Notes: generated by a model from the sequence alone, not told the origin. 64,000 nt of DNA from Candidatus Moraniibacteriota bacterium (GCA_003507445.1 DNVR01000019.1:142132-206131); one strand, 5' to 3'. Shown: positions 19,033-29,409, numbered from the stretch's first letter. Translations and numbers: made by a program.

Positions 19033-19152
19033 TTTTTAAATATCCAATTTCTAATTACCAATTTCTAATTAATTTCAAATTTCTCAATGTCTAAATTTTG
19101 ACATTAGGGTTTAAATTTTTTATTAGGAATTAGAAATTAGAAATTAGAAATT
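19033..19152. repeat. Inverted-heptamer element between nusB and rnc
   Basis: (TTTCTAA)-like array, AATGTCTAA/TTGACATT core, (TTAGAAA)n. Confidence 0.8.
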
Positions 19153-19162
19153 CTGAATTTCT

Positions 19163-19846
19163 ATGGTTGAATCTTTGGCTAAGAAAATTGGCATTAAATT
19201 TGATAATATTGAGTTGTTGCGTCAGGCAGTGACTCATCGCAGTTATTTGAATGAAAACAGGGATTATGCGCTTGACCACAATGAGCGTTTGGAATTTTTG
19301 GGTGATGCGGTTTTGGAACTTATTATTACTGAGCATTTGTACAATAATTATAAAAATCCAGAAGGGGAACTTACGAGTTGGCGCAGCGCGTTGGTAAATG
19401 GGGAAATGTTGGCAGTTGTTTCTCAAGAAATTGGTGTGGAAAAATATTTATTGATGAGTCGCGGAGAGGCAAAAGATAAGGGACGTGCTCGGCAATATTT
19501 GTTGGCCAATGCATTAGAGGCTATTATTGGCGCAGCATATCTTGATCAAGGTTATGATGTTACAAAAAAATTCGTGCTCAAAAATGTGGCCACAAAACTT
19601 AGTGAAATAATTGAGAAAAAACTATATCTTGATCCCAAGAGTTATTTTCAAGAGAAAGCACAGGAAAACAGTAAAGTAACACCATCATATCGGGTAATGA
19701 AAGAATGGGGACCTGATCATGATAAGCATTTTGTGGTGGGTGTGTATTTGGCAGATGAATTGGTTGCTGAAGGAGAAGGAAATTCAAAACAAGAAGCTCA
19801 GCGTGAAGCCGCCAGACTTGGGTTAGAAGCAAAAAGCTGGATCTAG
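19163..19846 (+). CDS. rnc: Ribonuclease III
   Basis: THRSY, HNERLEFLGDAVLEL, dsRBD with GPDHDK and GNSKQEAQ. Confidence 0.98.
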   Translation: MVESLAKKIGIKFDNIELLRQAVTHRSYLNENRDYALDHNERLEFLGDAVLELIITEHLYNNYKNPEGELTSWRSALVNGEMLAVVSQEIGVEKYLLMSRGEAKDKGRARQYLLANALEAIIGAAYLDQGYDVTKKFVLKNVATKLSEIIEKKLYLDPKSYFQEKAQENSKVTPSYRVMKEWGPDHDKHFVVGVYLADELVAEGEGNSKQEAQREAARLGLEAKSWI

Positions 19847-19971
19847 CCATATAGCACAAAACATATAGCATATATCAAAAAAGCAGAATTTAATTCTGTT
19901 TTTTTGTTTGTCCTTTATTATAAAAAAGAGTATAATTGAGGCGTAAAACAAAACTAATAATACAAAAAAAT

Positions 19972-21564
19972 ATGCTTGATGTAATTATAAAAAACGGGAC
20001 AATTGTTGATGGCTCTGGCAAGCCAATGTATCGCGGGGATGTGGGAATTCGCGAGGGGGTTATTACTGATATTGGAGACTTGCACAATGAGCACGCTGAA
20101 ATTGAAATTGATGCAACAAAGAAATATATAGCCCCTGGATTTATTGATGTTAATAATCATTCCGACACATATTGGCGAATTTTTATTGATCCTGCGCTTG
20201 AGAGCTTATTGTATCAGGGTGTTACTACTATTATTGGTGGAAATTGTGGATCATCGCTTGCGCCATTGGCTAATCATAGTGTTATAAAGTCAATTCAAAA
20301 ATGGACTGATATGAAAAATGTCAGTTTTAATTGGCTCAGTATGAAAGAATTTTTGGCTGAAGTTGAACAGAAAAAAATTGCTTTAAACTTTGCAACTCTG
20401 GTGGGACACGGAACGCTTCGAAGAGGTTTGGTCGGCGATGAAGTTCGCGATATTAGTCCAGCTGAAATGAAAGTGATGAAGAAAATGTTGACACAAGCAA
20501 TGAAAGAAGGCGCGCTTGGTTTTTCAACAGGGCTGGTTTATACTCACGCCAAATTGGCATCTTCTCGAGAAATTGCAGAATTGGCCGAGATTGTGAAAAA
20601 ATATAATGGTGTTTATACAACTCATATTCGCGGAGAAGCGCACGAACTTATTAGAGCGGTAGAAGAGGCAATTCGTGTTGCGCAGATTACAGGAGTCAGG
20701 CTTCAAATCTCACATCTCAAAGTTATGGGAAAGAAAAATTGGCCACTTATGGAAGAAGCTTTGAATTTGATTGAAACAGCTCGTACCAGTGGAATTGATG
20801 TTCACTTTGATGTATACCCATACACATCAACAGGCAGCGTTTTGTATATTTTGCTTCCTGATTGGGTCACGGAGGGTGGTCGCAATATGATGCTTTCGCG
20901 ACTTAAGGATTCAGAAATTCGAAAACGTGTTATCAAAGAAATGAAAGCAAGCGAATATGACTATTCTAAAATAACTATTTCGATTTCAGCTTTGGACAAA
21001 GCGCTTAATCGTAAAAAAATTACTGAAATTGCTGAGGCTCAAGGAAAAAGCGTTGAAGACACAATTATCGATGTTCTTATTGCTAGTGAGGGTCGAGTGG
21101 TAACGATGATGGAGGTGCTTAGCGGAAAAAATGTGGATAAGGGGGTTATAAATCCTTTTTCAATTGTTTCATCAAATGGTTCTGGATATGATATTAAACA
21201 TAGAGAAACTGGTGAAGTTGTGCATCCTCGAAACTTCGGTTCATTCCCGAGAGTGCTTGCTGATTATGTTCGAGAAAGAGGTGTTGTAGGTTGGGAAGAG
21301 GCTATTCGAAAAATGTCAGGATTGCCTGCAGAAAAATTTAATATTGAAAAACGAGGCATTCTTGCAGAAGGAAATTTTGCTGATGTGGTCGTTTTTGATC
21401 CAAAAAAGATTCAAGATCTTGCCACAATTGAAAATCCATATCAATATTCACAAGGCATTGACTGGGTGCTTGTTAATGGGCGTCCTGCAATTAAAAATGG
21501 GAAAATCTTGGAAGAGCGCTCAGGCGTTGTGCTTCGCAGAAAATCATCATTGTTTGAGTTTTAA
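19972..21564 (+). CDS. N-acyl-D-amino-acid deacylase family amidohydrolase (active site atypical)
   Basis: APGFIDVNNHSD, GVTTIIGGNCG, ISHLK, DVYPY, HPRNFGSFPR, RGILAEG..ADVVVFD. Confidence 0.88.
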   Translation: MLDVIIKNGTIVDGSGKPMYRGDVGIREGVITDIGDLHNEHAEIEIDATKKYIAPGFIDVNNHSDTYWRIFIDPALESLLYQGVTTIIGGNCGSSLAPLANHSVIKSIQKWTDMKNVSFNWLSMKEFLAEVEQKKIALNFATLVGHGTLRRGLVGDEVRDISPAEMKVMKKMLTQAMKEGALGFSTGLVYTHAKLASSREIAELAEIVKKYNGVYTTHIRGEAHELIRAVEEAIRVAQITGVRLQISHLKVMGKKNWPLMEEALNLIETARTSGIDVHFDVYPYTSTGSVLYILLPDWVTEGGRNMMLSRLKDSEIRKRVIKEMKASEYDYSKITISISALDKALNRKKITEIAEAQGKSVEDTIIDVLIASEGRVVTMMEVLSGKNVDKGVINPFSIVSSNGSGYDIKHRETGEVVHPRNFGSFPRVLADYVRERGVVGWEEAIRKMSGLPAEKFNIEKRGILAEGNFADVVVFDPKKIQDLATIENPYQYSQGIDWVLVNGRPAIKNGKILEERSGVVLRRKSSLFEF

Positions 21565-21670
21565 AAACAATATACAAAACATAATATACAAAATTCAGTA
21601 AGTAGGGTGTTGCTTTACTTCGTTTATTTTTTGGTGTATATTGACTTTTTACTATTGATTATTGAACATT

Positions 21671-23068
21671 ATGGATCTATCTTATTTCAAGAACAAGAAA
21701 ATAACAGTGATGGGCATTGGGCTCCACGGTGGCGGAGTTGGCACGGTGAAATTTTTGGTTGCGCAAGGGGCAAAGGTAATCGCAACTGATTTGCGAACAA
21801 AAGAGCAGCTTAGTGCATCATTAGAAAAACTCAAGGGGCTTAAAAATGTGGAATATGTTTTGGGTCATCATCGGATGGAAGATTTTTCCAAAGTTGATAT
21901 GGTAATCAAAAACCCAGCTGCGAAGTGGTCAGATAAGCATATTAAATTTGCTCTTGAAAATAAAGTTCCGGTTGAAATGGATTCCAGTCTTTTTTTTAAG
22001 ATTTGCAAAAACAAAATAATTGGAGTAACTGGTACCAAGGGAAAAACTACTACTGCCACTCTTATATATGAAATTTTAAAAACAGTAGGAAAAAATCCGA
22101 TAAAAATTGGTATCGGACAAGTTTCAGTGTTGGATAAATTGCTGCTGCTAAAGAAAGATTCAGTGGTGGTTTTCGAACTTTCATCTTGGCGTCTTTCTGC
22201 GTTGGGTCGGGCAAAACTTAGCCCGCACATTGCCGTGTTTAAAAATATTATGCCGGATCATTTGAATTATTATGGAACGATGGAAAAATATTTTCAGGAT
22301 AAAAAATATATTTTCACAAATCAAAAACCCAAGGATTGGTTGGTTGTGAATAATGATGATGAACTTCTCAAGGAGGCAACTAAGGATGTTCCTGCGCAAG
22401 TTGTGCGTTTTTCATACGAGCCTCTTAAGCGTAGCCGAGCGGTGTTTATCGAAGACGAGGCAATATATCTCAACAATGGAATTGATGTTAAAAAACTTAC
22501 TGCAATTAAGGACGTGCTTATTCCAGGTAGGCATAATCTTTCTAATGTGATGGCTGCAATTGGAGCTGTCTATGCGTTGGGATTAAGTGCAATAGAAATC
22601 AAAAAGGCTCTGCCGCAATTGAAAGGCGTTGCTCATCGATTGGAATTTGTGCGCGAGCTTGGAGGCGTGAAATATTACAACGACACCGCGGCAACAATTC
22701 CAGATGCGGCTATTTCTGGTCTTAATGCTTTTGAAAAACCAATTGTTTTGATTGCGGGTGGAACGGATAAAAATTTAGACTTTACTGAGTTTGCAAAAGA
22801 AATTTTAGAAAAAGCAAAAGATATTATTTTATTGAAAGGTAATGCAACAGAAAAAATTCTTGAAAAACTTGGAAAAATTGCTAGTGAGGAATTTTTGCGC
22901 AATATTGAAATTGTCAGTTCGATGGAGGAGGCGACTGCGCTGGCTCAAAAAAAAGCCGAGCAAGGCGACGTTGTTTTGCTTTCACCAGGGGCTGCCAGCT
23001 TCGGACTTTTTGCCAATGAATTTGATCGCGGGGATAAATTTCGAGACGCGGTTAAAAAATTGAAGTAA
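21671..23068 (+). CDS. murD: UDP-N-acetylmuramoylalanine--D-glutamate ligase
   Basis: GVTGTKGKTTT, ELSSW, PDHLN, HRLE, YYNDTAAT, LLSPGAASFGLF. Confidence 0.96.
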   Translation: MDLSYFKNKKITVMGIGLHGGGVGTVKFLVAQGAKVIATDLRTKEQLSASLEKLKGLKNVEYVLGHHRMEDFSKVDMVIKNPAAKWSDKHIKFALENKVPVEMDSSLFFKICKNKIIGVTGTKGKTTTATLIYEILKTVGKNPIKIGIGQVSVLDKLLLLKKDSVVVFELSSWRLSALGRAKLSPHIAVFKNIMPDHLNYYGTMEKYFQDKKYIFTNQKPKDWLVVNNDDELLKEATKDVPAQVVRFSYEPLKRSRAVFIEDEAIYLNNGIDVKKLTAIKDVLIPGRHNLSNVMAAIGAVYALGLSAIEIKKALPQLKGVAHRLEFVRELGGVKYYNDTAATIPDAAISGLNAFEKPIVLIAGGTDKNLDFTEFAKEILEKAKDIILLKGNATEKILEKLGKIASEEFLRNIEIVSSMEEATALAQKKAEQGDVVLLSPGAASFGLFANEFDRGDKFRDAVKKLK

Positions 23069-23106
23069 AATTATTAAGCAAAAGAAGTGCAAAATAGATA
23101 GTGCTT

Positions 23107-23256
23107 AATTTATGGTTTTAGGTCTCAATAGATTGGTGCATTTTTGTTTTGCCTGCTTCCTTTCTCGGCACGCTTCGCAATCGAAGAACTATGATTGCTC
23201 GCTAAGAGTTCGCTGTCGCTCTCTGTTGCCTCGAAAGAAAACAGGCAAAACAAAAA
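23107..23256. repeat. Dispersed ~150-bp repeat, copy A (core inverted relative to copy B)
   Basis: Left flank shared with 53332; 14-bp IRs TTTTGTTTTGCCTG/CAGGCAAAACAAAA around an 86-bp core. Confidence 0.9.
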
Positions 23257-23405
23257 ACAAACCTTCATTTTCAAAATCATAGTTTGATTATGAGTCACAA
23301 AAGGACGCTTAGAATAGAGCGTCTTTTTACTTGAAAAAAAACCTGAGACCTGTATAATTAGTTTGTAGTTAAGTAGGACTTAATTTAGGCTTAAAATAGA
23401 CAAAT

Positions 23406-24671
23406 ATGACTGAATATTTTGAAATACAAGGTGGTAAAACACTTTCAGGAACAATAGATGTTAGGGGGTCAAAAAATGCGACCACGCCTATTTTGGCTGC
23501 CACGCTTTTGACTGATCAAGAGTGTGTTATTTCTAATATACCGCTTATTGAAGATGTGTATCGAATGCTGGAAATCTTGGAAAGTATGAATGTAACTGTT
23601 GTTTGGGAAGGCGAGCGAACAGTGAGAATTTGCGCCAAGGATCTTGAAAGTGAAAAAATAGATTTACAAATTGTGAAAAAACTCCGTTCATCAATTTTGT
23701 TGCTGGGTAGTTTGAGTGCGCGCGCTGACAAATTTAGAATTGCTCATCCCGGTGGTTGCACGATTGGCAAGCGTCCTGTCGGAACACATTTTGACGCGCT
23801 GGAAAAAATGGGTGTAAGCATAACGCAAGATGAAAATTGCTATATTGTTGATGCCAGCTCTCGAAAGGCGGGTAATGTAGTGTTGCGAGAATTTTCAGTT
23901 ACAGCCACAGAAAATGCAATGATGCTGGCTGCGTCACTTCCTGGAAAAACAATCATAAAAATTGCAGCCGCTGAACCTCACGTGGAAGATCTTGGAAGAT
24001 TTTTGATTTCAATGGGAGCGAAAATAACAGGACTTGGAACGCATACATTGGAAATTGTTGGAAATGAAAAACTTTCTGGCGCTGAGCATAAAATAATTCC
24101 TGATGCCAATGAAGCTGCAACGTTTTTGATTATGGGTGTGGCAACCAAAAGTCCGATTACAGTTAATAATGCACGGGAAGAAAATTTGGATATTGTTTTG
24201 GAAAGACTAAGACAATTTGGAGCAGCTTTTGAAATTAAGGAAAATTCAATCACGGTCATTCCACAAGAAAAATTATTTGCGATTGAGAAGATTGACACTC
24301 GCACATATCCCGGAGTGCCTTCTGATGTGCAGCAACCACTTGGGGTTTTGGCGACGCAAGCTGAAGGTGAAACGATGATTTTCGACACAATTTTTGAGGG
24401 ACGGTTTAATTACCTGAGCGAGCTGGAAAAAATGGGAGCGCATTCTAAGATTCTGAATCCTCATCAGGCTGTCATTACTGGACCAGTTCAGCTGAAAGGC
24501 AGTTCAATCAAAAGTTTTGACCTTCGCGCCGGAGCATCGCTTATTATTGCAGCGCTTTGTGCCAAAGGAACCACAACTATTGATGAAATTTATCAAGTTG
24601 ACCGTGGATATGAAAGGATTGAAGAAAGATTGCAAAAATTGGGAGCTGATATTAAAAGGATTAGTAAATAG
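23406..24671 (+). CDS. murA: UDP-N-acetylglucosamine 1-carboxyvinyltransferase
   Basis: GSKNA, PGGCTIGKRP, SVTATEN, EPH, DLRAGA, RGYE. Confidence 0.97.
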   Translation: MTEYFEIQGGKTLSGTIDVRGSKNATTPILAATLLTDQECVISNIPLIEDVYRMLEILESMNVTVVWEGERTVRICAKDLESEKIDLQIVKKLRSSILLLGSLSARADKFRIAHPGGCTIGKRPVGTHFDALEKMGVSITQDENCYIVDASSRKAGNVVLREFSVTATENAMMLAASLPGKTIIKIAAAEPHVEDLGRFLISMGAKITGLGTHTLEIVGNEKLSGAEHKIIPDANEAATFLIMGVATKSPITVNNAREENLDIVLERLRQFGAAFEIKENSITVIPQEKLFAIEKIDTRTYPGVPSDVQQPLGVLATQAEGETMIFDTIFEGRFNYLSELEKMGAHSKILNPHQAVITGPVQLKGSSIKSFDLRAGASLIIAALCAKGTTTIDEIYQVDRGYERIEERLQKLGADIKRISK

Positions 24672-24801
24672 TTTTGTTTTCGCGTGTTAATCGTTCGCAT
24701 ACATTTTTATTTTTGTCACGGAGAAATAATTGCAACTTTTGACATAACGCAAATGTGACTTATTTCTAGTGAAAAAATAAAAAGTATGCTCACTCATATT
24801 T

Positions 24802-25248
24802 ATGGAAAAAGAATTTAAAGCTGGAAAACATTATATTGGAGTTGGTGGGGGTGTTTTGATTTTCAATAAGAAGAAAGAAATCTTATTGATGAAGCGTGGA
24901 AAAAATGCGAAAAATGAGGCTGGATGGTGGTCAAAACCAGGTGGAACAATTGAATACGGAGAAAAGGCTATCGCAATGGCAAAAAGAGAAATTAAAGAAG
25001 AACTAGGCATAGAAATAGATATCTGGGGACAACTTCCACATACAGACCATATCATTAAAAAAGAAGGGCAGCATTGGATTGCAATTAATTTTTTGGCGAA
25101 TTTGAAAAAAGGTGAACCAGAAAATATGGAACCACATAAATGTGATAAACTAAAATGGTTTTCATTGGATAATCTGCCTAAGAAAATTGTTAAAAATACA
25201 AAAGAAGGAATTGTGTATTACAAAGAAAAAAAATATATAAAATTATAA
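24802..25248 (+). CDS. NUDIX hydrolase
   Basis: PGGTIEYGE..AKREIKEELG; EPHKC. Confidence 0.9.
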   Translation: MEKEFKAGKHYIGVGGGVLIFNKKKEILLMKRGKNAKNEAGWWSKPGGTIEYGEKAIAMAKREIKEELGIEIDIWGQLPHTDHIIKKEGQHWIAINFLANLKKGEPENMEPHKCDKLKWFSLDNLPKKIVKNTKEGIVYYKEKKYIKL

Positions 25249-25253
25249 ATCCT

Positions 25254-25580
25254 ATGGAAAAATTTTATAATGCGATTGCGGAATTTCATAAGAAAAATGA
25301 AATGAAGGGCACGAATAATGAGGATATGCAATTTCGTTTAAATTTGATGACGGAGGAATTAGGAGAATTGGCGCAGGCTGTGACGAAAGGAAAATCTAAA
25401 GAGGAGTTTTTGGAAGAGAATGTGGATCTGGTTGTTCTTATTTTGGGTAATTTGATTAGTACTGGAATTACGGTCGAAGAATTTGAGCAGGCGTTTTGGA
25501 AAAAGCATACAAAAATAATGAGCAGGGAAAAAAGAAAATTGGAAAACGGAAATTTTAGAGTGTCAGATTTTAAGGAGTAA
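25254..25580 (+). CDS. MazG-like nucleotide pyrophosphohydrolase
   Basis: EELGELAQAV..EENVD (EXXE..EXXD). Confidence 0.8.
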   Translation: MEKFYNAIAEFHKKNEMKGTNNEDMQFRLNLMTEELGELAQAVTKGKSKEEFLEENVDLVVLILGNLISTGITVEEFEQAFWKKHTKIMSREKRKLENGNFRVSDFKE

Positions 25581-25587
25581 AGTGTTT

Positions 25588-25673
25588 GTCATTCTGAACT
25601 TGTTTCATAATCTACTTTCTTTGTATCAGTGAACTTTGAGATAATCGAGATCTTGAAATAAATTCAGGATGAC
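25588..25673. repeat. GTCAT-type REP doublet
   Basis: GTCATTCTGAACTTGTTTCA..GAAATAAATTCAGGATGAC. Confidence 0.75.
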
Positions 25674-25742
25674 AAAGTTGTGTTTTGAAATTGAGTCATT
25701 GGAAATTGTTTAGAAATTAGTAATTAGAAATTTTTTATACTT

Positions 25743-26750
25743 ATGTTTATACGAAGAATTGGAATAGATTTAGGCACAGCAAACACCTTGGTTTTTATAC
25801 CTGGAAAAGGCATTGTGGTGAATGAGCCATCGGTGGTGGCAGTTTCTCCGATTGAAAATATTGTTTTAGCAGTGGGAAATCAAGCTCGCGAAATGCTTGG
25901 ACGCACACCGGACAACATTGTGGCATCTCGTCCAATGAAGGATGGCGTGATTGCAGATTATCGCGTGACGGAAGCAATGCTAAAATATTTTATTAATAAA
26001 GTGACTGGCAAAGTTCGCATTTTTAAACCTGAGATTATGATCTCAATTCCGGCAGGCGTAACCTCGACTGAACGTCGCGCCGTGATTGATGCGGCTGTGA
26101 AGGCTGGAGCAAAATCAGCGTATGTTGTGAAGGAGCCGCTCTTGGCTGCTATTGGTGCTGGAATTCCGATTCACAACGCCTCTGGTAATATGATTATTAA
26201 CATTGGTGGTGGTACATCTGAAATTGCGGTAATTTCGTTGGGCGGCGTTGTGGCAGCGCACAGTGCACGCGTGGGAGGCAATAAATTCGATCAAGCTATT
26301 TCTGATTATATCAAAAGAAAATATGGTTTGGCAGTTGGTGACAGAACAGCTGAGGATATTAAAAAAGAAATTGGATCTGCAATTGCGCAAGTTAAAGAAG
26401 AACATATGGAAGTGCGCGGACGCGACTTGATGGGTGGATTGCCAAAAACAATTAAAATTTCTTCCAATGAAGTAACCGAGGCTTTGCAAGATGAACTCAG
26501 AGAAGTGATTAATGCCATTAAAAAAGTTTTTCAAGAAACTCCTCCGGAACTGGCTGCTGATATTATGGACAAGGGGATGATCCTTTCGGGTGGTGGAGCG
26601 TTGCTTCGTAATCTTGATCAGTTGATCACGAAAACGATTGGTGTGCCGTGTTATGTGGCTGATGACCCATTGTTCTGTGTGATCAAAGGAATTGGAATCG
26701 CACTTGATAATCTTGAGGTTTATAAGAGGACAATTACTTTATCAAAATAG
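25743..26750 (+). CDS. mreB: Rod shape-determining protein MreB
   Basis: IGIDLGTANT, EPSVVA, RPMKDGVIAD, IGGGTSE, LSGGGALL. Confidence 0.97.
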   Translation: MFIRRIGIDLGTANTLVFIPGKGIVVNEPSVVAVSPIENIVLAVGNQAREMLGRTPDNIVASRPMKDGVIADYRVTEAMLKYFINKVTGKVRIFKPEIMISIPAGVTSTERRAVIDAAVKAGAKSAYVVKEPLLAAIGAGIPIHNASGNMIINIGGGTSEIAVISLGGVVAAHSARVGGNKFDQAISDYIKRKYGLAVGDRTAEDIKKEIGSAIAQVKEEHMEVRGRDLMGGLPKTIKISSNEVTEALQDELREVINAIKKVFQETPPELAADIMDKGMILSGGGALLRNLDQLITKTIGVPCYVADDPLFCVIKGIGIALDNLEVYKRTITLSK

Positions 26751-26766
26751 CTTCTCGTTTTTTCTC

Positions 26767-26926
26767 ATTGAAGAATACAAATTTTTCTGCGAAATTAAAC
26801 TCGAGCTCTATATTTTTTTAGCTAAAATTTTTCGTGGTCACGCGAGTCCCGCGCAAGAAACAAAAAATTTTAGAAAAAATATAGGCTCTCAAACAGTAAT
26901 TTCTCGAAAAATTTGTATTCTTCAAT
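26767..26926. repeat. Long imperfect palindrome (~160 bp)
   Basis: ATTGAAGAATACAAATTTTTC..GAAAAATTTGTATTCTTCAAT outer stem plus nested stems. Confidence 0.8.
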
Positions 26927-26944
26927 TTCTAATATATTTATGTT

Positions 26945-28147
26945 ATGAAGATTGGAATTGATGCTTCCAGGGCTTTTATAAAAAACAGAACTGGTATTGA
27001 AGAATATTCATATCAAGTCATTGAAAACCTGCGTGATAAATTAAATAATCAGCAGGTTGTTTTATATGTTAAAAAAACTAACAACTTACAACTTACAACT
27101 TACGACGGAGTTGTTAAAATTAATGATTTGGAATTGCCAAAAAGTTGGCGAATAAAGGTCGTTAAATTTCCTAGATTTTGGACACAGCTGGGATTGTCTT
27201 GGGAAATGTTGCTGCGTCCCGTTGATGTCCTTTTTGTTCCTGCGCACACTGTGCCGATTATTCATCCTGAAAATACTGTGGTTGTGATTCACGGTTTGGA
27301 ATATGAATTTTGCCCAAAAGCATATTCTTCTTGGGAAAGAATGTATATGCGCGGAACAATTAAAAAATCTTGCGATTGGGCAAGCAGGATTATTTCTGTT
27401 TCTGAAAATACAAAGAAGGATTTGATGAATTTGTATAAAGTTGATGAGAAAAAAATATCTGTAATTTATGAAGGATATAGCCGCGAGGAGCGGAATTTCC
27501 AATTTCCAATTTCCAATTTCCAATCAAATCCAAATGATCAAATTTCAAAAATTAAAACATCAGAAATTCAATCGAAATTCGAAATTCGAAATTCGAAATT
27601 TCTTTTATTCATCGGTCGTATTGAGGAAAGAAAAAATATTTCCAACATTGTTAAGGCTTTTGAGCTTTTGAAAGAGAGATATAATATTCCGCACAAATTG
27701 GTACTAGCAGGAAAAGCAGGTTATGGCTACGATAATATTAAATTCGAAATTCGAAATTCGAAATTCGAAAATGATGTCGTGGAGCTGGGTTTTGTGAGTG
27801 AGGATGAAAAGTGGGAGCTTTTGAAAAAGGCGGATGTTTTTGTTTTCCCAACTCTGTATGAAGGATTTGGAATCCCAATTTTGGAAGCACAGAGTGTTGG
27901 TTGCTCCGTGGTGGCTTCAAATAATTCATCTATTCCCGAGGTAATCGGCGTAGAGACGCAAAATTTTGCGTCTCTACAGTTGGTTGACCCCCAAAATCCT
28001 CAAGACATCGCAGAAAGCATTTATAAGCTTATCTCGAACGAAAGCCTAAAAAATGCTATAATACAGAAAGGCTTGGAGAATGTGAAAAGGTTCAGTTGGG
28101 ACAAATGTGCACAGGAGATAGCTCAAATATTGTTAAAAAAGAATTAA
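26945..28147 (+). CDS. Glycosyltransferase family 4 with in-frame repeat insertions
   Basis: KIGIDA, TGIEEY, GRIEERKN, PTLYEGFGIPILEA, FSWDKCA. Confidence 0.92.
   Translation: MKIGIDASRAFIKNRTGIEEYSYQVIENLRDKLNNQQVVLYVKKTNNLQLTTYDGVVKINDLELPKSWRIKVVKFPRFWTQLGLSWEMLLRPVDVLFVPAHTVPIIHPENTVVVIHGLEYEFCPKAYSSWERMYMRGTIKKSCDWASRIISVSENTKKDLMNLYKVDEKKISVIYEGYSREERNFQFPISNFQSNPNDQISKIKTSEIQSKFEIRNSKFLLFIGRIEERKNISNIVKAFELLKERYNIPHKLVLAGKAGYGYDNIKFEIRNSKFENDVVELGFVSEDEKWELLKKADVFVFPTLYEGFGIPILEAQSVGCSVVASNNSSIPEVIGVETQNFASLQLVDPQNPQDIAESIYKLISNESLKNAIIQKGLENVKRFSWDKCAQEIAQILLKKN
27950..27977. repeat. GTAG-type REP palindrome in frame in a GT4 gene
   Basis: GTAGAGACGCAAAATTTTGCGTCTCTAC, perfect 28-bp palindrome read as VETQNFASL. 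Confidence 0.85.
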
Positions 28148-28159
28148 GAATGACTTATT

Positions 28160-29293
28160 ATGAAGAAATTAAAAGTTGCAATTGTCCACGACTTTTTGGT
28201 GCAATGGGGTGGGGCTGAGCGAGTTTTAAAAGAGCTTTCGGATATGTATCCCGAGGCGCCTATTTTCACGTTATTGTATGACAAAGAAAAAATGAAAGGC
28301 TTGCTTGATGAGAGAGATATCAGGCCATCATATTTGCAAAAGTTTCCAACTTTTTTGAAAAAAAGATATCGTTTTCTGTTGCCGTTTTTTCCAGTAATTC
28401 CAGAAACATTTGATCTTCGAGAATATGATTTGGTTATTTCATCTTCTAGTGCTTGGAGCAAGGGGATTGTGACAAAATTAGACACCGTGCATATTGCATA
28501 TCTTCATTCTCCGATGCGTTTCGTTTGGGATTACAATGAAAGATATGTCAAAGAAACTGAGCACAGAAAGATGAATTTTTTGACGAGAATAGTTTTTAAT
28601 TATCTGCGTGTGTGGGACCGCTTGGCAGCAGACAGACCAGATTTTTTGATTGCAAATTCTGTTTATACTCAAAAGCGTATCGAAAAATATTATAGAAGGG
28701 AAAGTAGTGTGATATATCCACCGGTAAACATGGAGCATGGAGCATGGAGCATAGAGCATGAACCTAATACTGAATACCAAATACCAGATACCAAATACTT
28801 TCTCGTTGTTTCTAGATTATCTCCATATAAAAAAGTTGATTTGGTGGTGGAAGCCTTTAATAAGCTCGGACTTCCTTTGGTTGTTATTGGAGCTGGGGAG
28901 CAGGAAAAGTATTTAAGGAAAATTGCCAAAGAAAACGTGCATATTTTGGGTTGGCAAGAAGACTCTGTTGTTTCGCAATATTATCAAAATGCTGAGGCTT
29001 TTATTTTTCCGACGGAAGATGATTTTGGTATTGCGCCAGTGGAAGCGATGCTTGCTGGTGTGCCTGTGATTGCATATCGAAAAGGTGGCGCGCAAGAAAC
29101 GGTGCAAGAAGGAATTACTGGAGAATTTTTTGATGCCCAAACAACTGAGGTTCTTGCTGATGGAGTGAGAAGGTTTTTAGATAATAAGGATAAATATGAC
29201 AAGGATTTGATTAAAAAGCGAGCGCAAGAGTTTTCGAGAGAAAGATTTAGACGTGAGTTTGGGGAATATGTTAAAAAGATAATTTCAAATTAA
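28160..29293 (+). CDS. Glycosyltransferase family 4
   Basis: VHDFL..GGAERV, SRLSPYK, EDDFGIAPVEA. Confidence 0.92.
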   Translation: MKKLKVAIVHDFLVQWGGAERVLKELSDMYPEAPIFTLLYDKEKMKGLLDERDIRPSYLQKFPTFLKKRYRFLLPFFPVIPETFDLREYDLVISSSSAWSKGIVTKLDTVHIAYLHSPMRFVWDYNERYVKETEHRKMNFLTRIVFNYLRVWDRLAADRPDFLIANSVYTQKRIEKYYRRESSVIYPPVNMEHGAWSIEHEPNTEYQIPDTKYFLVVSRLSPYKKVDLVVEAFNKLGLPLVVIGAGEQEKYLRKIAKENVHILGWQEDSVVSQYYQNAEAFIFPTEDDFGIAPVEAMLAGVPVIAYRKGGAQETVQEGITGEFFDAQTTEVLADGVRRFLDNKDKYDKDLIKKRAQEFSRERFRREFGEYVKKIISN

Positions 29294-29394
29294 AAATGCC
29301 AAATATCAAATGAATGATTTAATTTCAAAATTAAAAATTATTTTTTAGTCATTTGGATTTTGTAATTTATTTGAAATTTTTAATTTGGAATTTG
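29281..29394. repeat. Degenerate inverted-heptamer element before holB
   Basis: TTTCAAA/TGCCAAA/TATCAAA..TTAGTCATTTGGA..TTTGAAA/TTTGGAA. Confidence 0.65.
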
Positions 29395-29409
29395 TTATTT
29401 TTTTATACT

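Noticed and set aside
10704-19152. Heptamer arrays as a CRISPR array
   Set aside because: Units are 7 nt and contiguous, with no unique spacers and no cas genes
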